Assembly: GCA_964467655.1 (NCBI GenBank) | Contig: CAYXSN010000007.1 | Span: forward strand, 682-64,681 | Length of the DNA stretch: 64,000 bases | Reading direction: 5' to 3' | From: an uncultured Candidatus Saccharimonadales bacterium | GTDB taxonomy: Bacteria; Patescibacteriota; Saccharimonadia; UBA4664 | Part shown: piece after piece, positions 56,697 to 64,000 of the stretch | Numbering within the stretch: the stretch's first letter is position 1 | How the letters are laid out: each line of letters opens with the position of its first letter | Position numbers and translations under genes: made by a program | The notes under the pieces: model-generated | Seen by the model: only the letters and a program-made list of their open reading frames with translations | The model's database searches: none | What the model was told of the DNA's origin: nothing

Positions 56697-58988
56697 ATGA
56701 AGCACAAATTTGTGAGCTGGTTGCTGCCCATAGTCTCAGTCACTTTGGCCGGAGTTGTCGCCTTCGCTGGCGTAAGGACTGAGGCACCAGTACGTCTTGA
56801 GTTTGAGTGGCGCTGGTTTGGCCTGGCTTTGATGATCGCCATTATCATCACAACTACCGTGCTGGCGATGGTGCTGCGGCGGTTCAAAGTGGTCCAGGCG
56901 TCGTTGCGCTGGTTTGCGGTGCTGCTGGTGTGCAATATTGTCTGGCTATTCTTGACCCTGGCCATGTCGTTGAGTGCTAGTGCTGAAGCTGCAGCGTTTT
57001 GGCAAGGCCTGCTACCTATGGCCTGGATACCTATTCCAGCAGTATTGTTATTTTTTGTGCTGACCTATGTCAATGATGGCGATATGCCGCTAGGACTCGC
57101 GTCGTGGACGTTCACGCTTGCGTCAGTATCGAGCCTGCTCTTTCTGGCTGGGTTTACTGGTTTGATCGAACGTCACGAGCCGTTTCATCCGTCACTCCAG
57201 TATTGGGGCTGGCAATCTGAACCGGGGCCCTATGCCAGTCTTACGTATGCTTGGATAGCGATCCTGGCAATAAGTAGCATCGTGGTACTCATACAAGCGT
57301 ATCAGCGCACAGTCAACCCAATTCACAGGCGACAGCTGAAGCTATTTATCATAGCACTGTCGCAGTACATTACCGTTGGACTGCTATTTGATGCGGTTAT
57401 CTACACTATTGATCCCAATTTCTCTCCGCCGATGGCGTTTGCCTATACCACTACACTGAGTCTGATTATCGGGTACGGTATTTTGCGGCATGGTTTATTT
57501 AATGTCAGTCCAGCAGCGCTATCGGAGCCTATCCTGCAAAATCTGGCAGAGGGCATCCTCGGGCTAAACCGAGACTACATCATCGAATTTTCAAACGTTG
57601 CCGCCAGGCAGATCTTCGGACAAGACGAATCAAAGCTCCAAGGCCGCGGGTTGAGAGACCTTTTCAAGGATCAAGACCGCCGGCGCATTGCGGGATCAGA
57701 CAGTTTACAGTCTGAGTCGACAGTCCTCGAGGATATCGTGGCCCTCGGACCAAATTCTCGTAAGATTCCGGTAACTGTCACCATTAGCCATATACGTGAC
57801 GATCGCGGAGCCATTGGCGGCCACATCCTGGTCATCCAGAACATTACCGAACTCAAACAAAAAACGCTCCAGCTGGCCCGCGAAAAGACCAACATTCAGC
57901 AGCGGATACTGCAGCGAACAGCGCAATTGCACGATGAGCGAACCAAGCTCCAGGCTTCTATTGAGAGCCTAACCGTCGGTTTTGTGCTTTTCGATGTGCA
58001 TGATAACGTTGTCACGCAAAACTCCGCCCTCAGGCAGGTTGTGGCCGCCAGTGATGTTATCAAAGACGTCAAAGATCTAAGCTCACATCTTGACGGTGCC
58101 AGATTGCCGGATATCCTCCTTGGTGCTCGCCAGGCCGGCCGAGCAGGCATTACCAAAGAACTGAGCGCCGGCGGCAAGATATTTAGGGTTTTTGCGACAG
58201 CTGTTGCTAGCCAGGAGGCGTCAGCGACGGCCATTGGCACGGTCATGATCATTGAAGATATCACCGAGATCAAGGTTAGGGAGCGGTCTCGGGACGAGTT
58301 CTTTTCTATTGCCTCGCACGAGTTGCGCACGCCCCTCACGGCCATCAGGGGCAATGCTACAATGATCGCCGATTATTATGGCGCCGAGCTCAAGAGCCCA
58401 GACCTGAAGGCGATGATAGACGACATCCACGAATCAAGTGTCAGATTGATTGAAATTGTCAACGACTTCCTGGACCTTTCGGGACTCGAGCAAGGGAAAA
58501 TTGTCTTTGATCTCAAAGCCTGCGCCCTCGAGCCACTCCTGGAATCTGTAGCGTATGAGATGAAATCGGTGCTGCGCTCAAAACAACTCTATCTCAAGCT
58601 CGATCCTCTCACATTAGACGCGCTGCCCAAAGTGTGGGTAGACGAGAATCGGACCAAACAGGTCATTTATAACCTTATAGGCAACGCCGCCAAGTTTACT
58701 GACTCAGGCGGAGTGACCGTGACGGCTTCAACCAGTGGCGGTTTTGTGAAGGTGGTAGTAACCGACACGGGCCAAGGCATCGAGAAGGAATCGCGCAAGT
58801 TATTGTTTAGGAAGTTTCAGCAAGCCGGATCAAGTATTCTCACCCGCGATAGTACCCGCGGTACCGGTCTAGGGTTATACATTTCCAAACTCATCGTGGA
58901 GCGTATGGGCGGCAAAATCGGCCTCAGGAGTACGGCCGCCGGTAAGGGCTCATCATTTTACTTTACGCTACCAATCGCTCCTCGGTAA
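56697..58988 (+). CDS. Sensor histidine kinase, 7TM + PAS
   Basis: RDEFFSIASHELRTPLTAIRGN; kinase core very similar to 23219-25660. Confidence 0.9.
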   Translation: MKHKFVSWLLPIVSVTLAGVVAFAGVRTEAPVRLEFEWRWFGLALMIAIIITTTVLAMVLRRFKVVQASLRWFAVLLVCNIVWLFLTLAMSLSASAEAAAFWQGLLPMAWIPIPAVLLFFVLTYVNDGDMPLGLASWTFTLASVSSLLFLAGFTGLIERHEPFHPSLQYWGWQSEPGPYASLTYAWIAILAISSIVVLIQAYQRTVNPIHRRQLKLFIIALSQYITVGLLFDAVIYTIDPNFSPPMAFAYTTTLSLIIGYGILRHGLFNVSPAALSEPILQNLAEGILGLNRDYIIEFSNVAARQIFGQDESKLQGRGLRDLFKDQDRRRIAGSDSLQSESTVLEDIVALGPNSRKIPVTVTISHIRDDRGAIGGHILVIQNITELKQKTLQLAREKTNIQQRILQRTAQLHDERTKLQASIESLTVGFVLFDVHDNVVTQNSALRQVVAASDVIKDVKDLSSHLDGARLPDILLGARQAGRAGITKELSAGGKIFRVFATAVASQEASATAIGTVMIIEDITEIKVRERSRDEFFSIASHELRTPLTAIRGNATMIADYYGAELKSPDLKAMIDDIHESSVRLIEIVNDFLDLSGLEQGKIVFDLKACALEPLLESVAYEMKSVLRSKQLYLKLDPLTLDALPKVWVDENRTKQVIYNLIGNAAKFTDSGGVTVTASTSGGFVKVVVTDTGQGIEKESRKLLFRKFQQAGSSILTRDSTRGTGLGLYISKLIVERMGGKIGLRSTAAGKGSSFYFTLPIAPR

Positions 58989-59011
58989 TATGTCATGAAA
59001 GCTGCACCAAC

Positions 59012-59455
59012 ATGCTTACCACACCCCACGCTGTAGTCGGAGCCGCCATCGGAGCACTCATACCCAGCCCCTGGCTAGCGGTGCCGGTAGCAGTGGGCAG
59101 CCATTTTGTACTCGATAGTATTCCGCATTGGCAAGAAACCCTCGCGCCATACAACCCTACTCGCAGGACGTATGTCCGCATCATCTTCGACTTAATGCTC
59201 GCCGGACTCTTAGTAGGCTTGATGGCCAGCTGGCAACCTGATCGTATCGCCGCAGTGTGGCTGGGGGCTGCCGCCGCCAACGCTCCAGACCTAGATACGC
59301 TCACGGTACTGCTACCTAGTCTCAGGCGCGGGCCAGTTCAGCGGTTCTGGGATTGGCATTGCCGCATTCAACGCGAAACCAGCCAGCTCGCGGGCGTCTA
59401 CACCCAGCTGGCCACCATTGCGCTCTGCTTGGGCCTGGCCTATTTCATCCAGTAG
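59012..59455 (+). CDS. Membrane-bound metal-dependent hydrolase-like protein
   Basis: TPHAVVGA, SHFVLDSIPH, APDL. Confidence 0.6.
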   Translation: MLTTPHAVVGAAIGALIPSPWLAVPVAVGSHFVLDSIPHWQETLAPYNPTRRTYVRIIFDLMLAGLLVGLMASWQPDRIAAVWLGAAAANAPDLDTLTVLLPSLRRGPVQRFWDWHCRIQRETSQLAGVYTQLATIALCLGLAYFIQ

Positions 59456-59494
59456 CGGTGTATACTGCAACTATACAAATAAAGGAATATCGGA

Positions 59495-60247
59495 ATGGAA
59501 TTTCTGTTTAGCGGCACGGGACTTATGGCCGTAGTGGCGCTGTTTTTGTTGTCGGGTATTCGAATCGTCAACCAATACGAGCGGGGAGTGGTGTTGACGC
59601 TCGGTAAATTCTCGGGCATCAAGGAACCGGGCTTGCGCCTAGTCGTACCGGTTTTTCAGACCATGCAAAAGATCGACATGCGCTCTACGCCGGTCGATGT
59701 GCCGAAGCAAGAAGTGATCACCAAAGATAACGTCACCATTGGCGTTGATGCCGTGGTGTATTTCCGCGTCGTCGATTCTGGCAAGGCCGTGCTCGAAACC
59801 AACGATTATCGCTACGCCACAGCCCAGTTTGCCCAGGCCGCTCTGCGCGACGTCATTGGCAGTGTCGAGCTTGATAGTCTCTTGGGCAACCGCGAAGAAA
59901 TCAGCCAGCAGATTAAGACGATAGTTGACTCAGAGACCGAGCGCTGGGGGATCGACGTTGAAAACGTGAAGGTCCAAAACATCGAACTACCTCAAGACAT
60001 GAAGCGCGCCATGGCCAAACAGGCCGAGGCTGAGCGTGAGCGCCGGGCTGTTATCATTAGCGCCGAGGGTGAAAAAGCCGCCGCCACCCAGGTAGCCGAA
60101 GCGGCCCAGATTCTGAGCAGTATGCCGGGTGGTATAAGCATCAGAACATTGCAAACACTAGAGAAGATCGCCGTCGAGCCTTCACAAAAAACCTTAGTGG
60201 TTCTGCCAGCCGAATTGACTGACGTATTCAAAGCCATTCAGAAGTAG
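59495..60247 (+). CDS. SPFH/stomatin (slipin) family protein
   Basis: VNQYERGV, QEVITKDNV, RAMAKQAEAERERRA. Confidence 0.92.
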   Translation: MEFLFSGTGLMAVVALFLLSGIRIVNQYERGVVLTLGKFSGIKEPGLRLVVPVFQTMQKIDMRSTPVDVPKQEVITKDNVTIGVDAVVYFRVVDSGKAVLETNDYRYATAQFAQAALRDVIGSVELDSLLGNREEISQQIKTIVDSETERWGIDVENVKVQNIELPQDMKRAMAKQAEAERERRAVIISAEGEKAAATQVAEAAQILSSMPGGISIRTLQTLEKIAVEPSQKTLVVLPAELTDVFKAIQK

Positions 60248-60431
60248 GCAATACGTTTCCGCATGCCTAACACGACAACCACTTGCACAGTTTGCAGAAT
60301 TGAAAGAGACAGAAGAATTGACTCAAAGCAATAATCTGGTAGAATAATAAAGTCCATAATCCTATGGGCAACTTTGGATACGGGTTGCTATCCCATAGAG
60401 GAGCTTAACCCACGTCGAAGGGACTGCCATC

Positions 60432-61541
60432 ATGGCGGCAAACCAGGGGAGAACAGCTCTCTCCCAAATCACCATCACCAACGGTGTCCTTGAGATCATC
60501 ATCGACGATGATGGTGCCGAGATCATGGTGTTGCGAGGCAACGTCGACCCCGACTGCCTGCACATGCTGCTCATTGACACCACATATCAGCGTGAAGAGC
60601 TGACTCCAAGAAAGATTGATGCTTTGGCCGACGCTTTCCGTGTCGGTGAGATCTTGCCCGATATCGACCTTGGGATGCGCGGTGATGACTGCATTGAAGT
60701 TGAGGGCGAACCAGGAACGTGGCGATTGTCCGGGCGCACTTACATCATTGACGGCCAGCAACGTCGAGCCGGTGCACTCAAGGCTTTAGAAGAAGGGCAT
60801 CGGCCACGTCTAGGTGCCGTTGTACATTTCAACACAACGCGCGCTTGGGAGCGCCACCGTTTCGACAGGCTTAACCTCTGTCAGACGAAGTTGGGTGCCA
60901 ACGTGGCACTCAGGAATCTTGCTGCCGACGAAGGCAATACGGCAGCACGGGCCATTCTTCAGCTGAGTAGGCATGATGACTTCCTGCTGCAGGGCCGCGT
61001 CCAGTGGAGCCAGAATATGGCACCCAGGGACATGATCACCGCTCGCAACCTCTTGTTGGTCGTCGCGCGGCTTCATGCCCATATGGGCCCGGGCCGCAGT
61101 AATGGTTCAGTTGAGATTGTTGAAGGGCTGCAGAAAATTGCCGAGAACTGCGGCATCCCCAATATGAGAGCTAACATCATCCGGTTCTTCGAACTCATTG
61201 ATGAAGTTTGGGGGATCCCCAACGCTGATGAAGGCTTCAATCGGGCCGATATCGTCTGGATGAAGCAAGGCTTCATCTATGTCCTGGCAGCCTTCCTGTC
61301 TGACCACTACAACTTCTGGGAGGACGGCAAGCTTGTCATAGATAAGCCCACCATCGATAGGCTGAGGCGGATCGACCCGGTCAGCCGAATCATTGCCGGT
61401 TGGATCAAGGGCGGCAATGAAGGCGCAAACAGTCTACTGATGCACCTTGTTGCGGTTGTTGGCAAGAACCGCCGCAAGCGTCTTGAACCCCGGCATAGTT
61501 TCATGGCCGAAGTAAGCGATGACGAAGCAGGAGATGAGTGA
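60432..61541 (+). CDS. DGQHR/DndB-like (ParB superfamily) protein
   Basis: YQR, IIDGQQR, FDRLN. Confidence 0.6.
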   Translation: MAANQGRTALSQITITNGVLEIIIDDDGAEIMVLRGNVDPDCLHMLLIDTTYQREELTPRKIDALADAFRVGEILPDIDLGMRGDDCIEVEGEPGTWRLSGRTYIIDGQQRRAGALKALEEGHRPRLGAVVHFNTTRAWERHRFDRLNLCQTKLGANVALRNLAADEGNTAARAILQLSRHDDFLLQGRVQWSQNMAPRDMITARNLLLVVARLHAHMGPGRSNGSVEIVEGLQKIAENCGIPNMRANIIRFFELIDEVWGIPNADEGFNRADIVWMKQGFIYVLAAFLSDHYNFWEDGKLVIDKPTIDRLRRIDPVSRIIAGWIKGGNEGANSLLMHLVAVVGKNRRKRLEPRHSFMAEVSDDEAGDE

Positions 61542-62269
61542 TCATGGCTTACTCTGGCACAGTCCAAGCGTGTATCCAGCATATGGTGCAGGCTGTAGGT
61601 GAAGACCAGGCAGCTCGGGTCCTCGCACTCTTTACGAAGGCCAATGCACGGTCGACGGCAGCAAGATGGGTGCGGGGGCGCAATATGCCTCAGGGCAACT
61701 TCCTGGCACGGCTGATGTATGGCCTCGAGCTTTTGGGTTATGAGATCCACGAGTACAGGCGGCTTCCCAAGTGCAGCAAGACACTAATCCGTCTCGTGGC
61801 ATTAGAAATCGTCACGCCTGAGTATCTACAGGGTCAGCTCAATTACAGAGACTCAAAGTCTTTGTGGAGAGTTGCATTGATGGGGAAGAAGCCGACAATA
61901 GAGCGGCAGTATCGGATTGAGCTGCTTGAGAAGTTCTACGAAGCAGACATCAAGGCCGCCATCGATCGCTGGTCGACTGAGCTTGAAGACACAAGGCTAA
62001 GTTGCCAACAGCGGCTAGTCGATGATAAAGGCAAAGTCTCGTCTGATGAAGGAGGTACGGCAGTAACCGTGGCACCGACTGGTGCCACGATAGGCAATAG
62101 GGCGTCTGCACGGATGCTTGCCAATCTGGTCCAATGCCTCGGACTGGTGCTTGAAGAACTTGGCGAAGTCAATGCTGCGAGTCCAGAAGTCATCTCGGCA
62201 TTTACTTCGGTATCTCCCAAGCATGTCACGAGAGTCGCCGAGTTCTTGATGTGTCGATTGCCATCATAG
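61538..62269 (+). CDS. Hypothetical protein with possible HTH
   Basis: GTGA overlap; STAARWVRGRNMP resembles an XRE recognition helix. Confidence 0.55.
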   Translation: MIMAYSGTVQACIQHMVQAVGEDQAARVLALFTKANARSTAARWVRGRNMPQGNFLARLMYGLELLGYEIHEYRRLPKCSKTLIRLVALEIVTPEYLQGQLNYRDSKSLWRVALMGKKPTIERQYRIELLEKFYEADIKAAIDRWSTELEDTRLSCQQRLVDDKGKVSSDEGGTAVTVAPTGATIGNRASARMLANLVQCLGLVLEELGEVNAASPEVISAFTSVSPKHVTRVAEFLMCRLPS

Positions 62270-62282
62270 ATCATCGGCACAT

Positions 62283-62318
62283 TTGCCCCCCAGAGGACAC
62301 ATGTCCTCTGGGGGGCAA
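62283..62318. terminator. 17-bp perfect hairpin between convergent genes
   Basis: TTGCCCCCCAGAGGACA-CA-TGTCCTCTGGGGGGCAA. Confidence 0.65.
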
Positions 62319-62450
62319 TCCATTTATAACCCCCTTAAACATAATCGGCCCAAATCGGTTGGACTCGCAAAACTGCGGTAGTAAAGTATAAGCCCGGCGC
62401 CTCCAGAATGAATCATTCGGGAGGCGCCGGTGTCGTGCCTGAAGGCAAAC

Positions 62451-63176
62451 TCAGGCCGGCTGTGCGGCCACACTGGCCGCCGGCACCCCGGCTGCCGGGA
62501 TCAAAATGTGGCCCGGTGGCCGCGCGTGAGTCTGCAGATATCCAGCGGCAGTCAGATCCGAGACAGCCACTGCCAGAGTGAGGTCGGCTAGCGCCCCATC
62601 GACCTCCTTCTCGGCACCGCTCCAGGCGGCGATCAGGTTGAGCGGTGGCAGCTCATCGCGGTAGATCACGAGGCGTTCGGCACCCTGGGAGTTGGGCATG
62701 CCCGGCAGCAGTCCGTTGCCGGTATACGCCTGGCGCAAGCCCATTCCCAGCACATGCACTGCGTGAGCCTTGCAATAAGCGATCTCGCGAGTTGACAAGC
62801 CACCTGTGACCGCCAACGGTTCGTCGCAGTTGGCGCCCAAATAGCTGCCAACCACCCAAGGATCCATCACTGCGATGGCATGCTCGACAGCGGCTTCTGG
62901 AGCCGTCGGGCACGAGCCGTTATCGCAGACCACGTTGGCGCCGCGCGGAGGCTCCACAAACAGTAGTCCGGTCATGGCTGCCGCCGGTGCGATAGCCTTG
63001 GCATTTCGCAAACCGTGCCTGGCGCGCATAAGAGTCGCGTCCAACAGTTGCGCGATCGTCGATGCGCGATCCGCCAGCGCCTGTAGGAGCGCCTCGGCGT
63101 AGGCTTGCTGCACAGCTGACGACAGGCCATGCCACTCAGGATGATCAGCGATCAACTTGTCAATCGAGGGGAGCAT
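62451..63176 (-). CDS. Hypothetical protein
   Basis: 241-aa ORF with AGG RBS and hairpin downstream (62394-62430). Confidence 0.6.
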   Translation of the reverse strand: MLPSIDKLIADHPEWHGLSSAVQQAYAEALLQALADRASTIAQLLDATLMRARHGLRNAKAIAPAAAMTGLLFVEPPRGANVVCDNGSCPTAPEAAVEHAIAVMDPWVVGSYLGANCDEPLAVTGGLSTREIAYCKAHAVHVLGMGLRQAYTGNGLLPGMPNSQGAERLVIYRDELPPLNLIAAWSGAEKEVDGALADLTLAVAVSDLTAAGYLQTHARPPGHILIPAAGVPAASVAAQPA

Positions 63177-63343
63177 AATGATGTCAACCTACTCTCGTTT
63201 TAGGGAAAGCGGACCATATATCTATACTGCAATTTGATCACAAATGCAAATTGCCAAAGCTCATCTGCTGGCTAGGCCTCCCGCTCAAACACGGGCTCTG
63301 GTATAATCAAGCACGTTGGCCCTGGTGGTAGGGTCACAGGTTT

Positions 63344-63417
63344 GGCACCTTGGCGGAGTGGCTACGCAGCGGTCTGCAAAACCGTTTACACCGGTTCAAG
63401 TCCGGTAGGTGCCTCCA
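63344..63417 (+). tRNA. tRNA-Cys(GCA)
   Basis: GGCACCT/AGGTGCC acceptor stem, GCGGT-CTGCAAA-ACCGT, TTCAAGT, TCCA end. Confidence 0.95.
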
Positions 63418-63491
63418 GCAATTCTTTAGGTTATTAAGCATAAGCGGCTAGGCAGACAGCCCGGCATCTGGCATAATCAGCTTCAAGAGTT

Positions 63492-64000
63492 ATGCAGCCC
63501 CAAGGGAAACGCCAAGTCATCATTAGCTTCCGCCCGGAGCACCTCCTTGGTTGGGGGGTGACGATAGCGGCTTGTGTCATCCCTGTGGTGTTATGGTTGA
63601 GAATCCACCCGCTGGCCACCATCCAGGGCTACACAGGTATCATGCTCAGCTTGGGGCGAGTGACGGGCTTGGTCGGTTTCGTGATGTACTCGCTCAATCT
63701 GGTGTACTCCACCCGCTGGCGCTTTCTTGAGCGCTTTTTCGGGGGCCTCAACCGGGTGTACATTGCCCACCACTTGCTCGGTGGATTAGCCCTTATTCTG
63801 CTCTCATTTCATCCAGTATTCCTGGCCCTGCGCTACATTTTTACTTCATTCAAACAAGCCGCCCTGTTGATGTTGCCCAATGGCTTAACGCCGCTGAGTG
63901 CTTTGTTTGATCCGTCGGCCGAGAGTCACGCTCTGGTGCTCGAACAATGGGCCATATTCTTTGGCTTAATAGCGTTCTGGGCCATGGTCGTATTGTTGCT
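63492..64000 (+). CDS. Ferric reductase-like transmembrane protein (3'-truncated by window)
   Basis: Manual translation: STRWRFLERFFGGLNRVYIAHHLLG...SFHP. Confidence 0.8.
   Translation, partial: MQPQGKRQVIISFRPEHLLGWGVTIAACVIPVVLWLRIHPLATIQGYTGIMLSLGRVTGLVGFVMYSLNLVYSTRWRFLERFFGGLNRVYIAHHLLGGLALILLSFHPVFLALRYIFTSFKQAALLMLPNGLTPLSALFDPSAESHALVLEQWAIFFGLIAFWAMVVLL

Overview
Bacterial chromosomal segment that reads cleanly in genetic code 11. Gene style suggests Patescibacteria/CPR, probably Saccharibacteria (inference): giant Thr/Gly-rich surface proteins, 7TM histidine kinases, stand-alone CheY-like receivers, leaderless promoters. Layout: (1) 1-19 kb, cell-surface cluster with WxL-like proteins, DUF916/DUF3324-like partners and a 2290-aa adhesin-like protein. 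(2) 19-26.5 kb, signalling cluster with a methyltransferase, a LuxI/FeeM-like acyltransferase, two membrane histidine kinases and three single-domain receivers. (3) tRNA-Phe and tRNA-Gly, followed by a ~24 kb ICE-like element integrated at the tRNA-Gly 3' end (large serine recombinase, Replic_Relax protein, VirD4/VirB4/VirB6/VirB2-like T4SS, cargo). (4) 50.5-56.6 kb, the main finding: an integron-like tandem array of six ~1 kb single-gene or single-operon cassettes plus one empty cassette, separated by composite sites whose core (GYACCA) matches the tRNA-Gly CCA end. The right arm of all but one site carries a terminator-like hairpin. The left arm of most sites encodes, on the minus strand and in frame with the recombinase, an alternative 46-aa or 34-aa recombinase C-terminus. 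(5) 56.7-64 kb, host genes resume (histidine kinase, SPFH protein, DGQHR-like protein, tRNA-Cys, partial ferric-reductase-like gene). All product calls come from motifs recognised by eye; no database searches were run.
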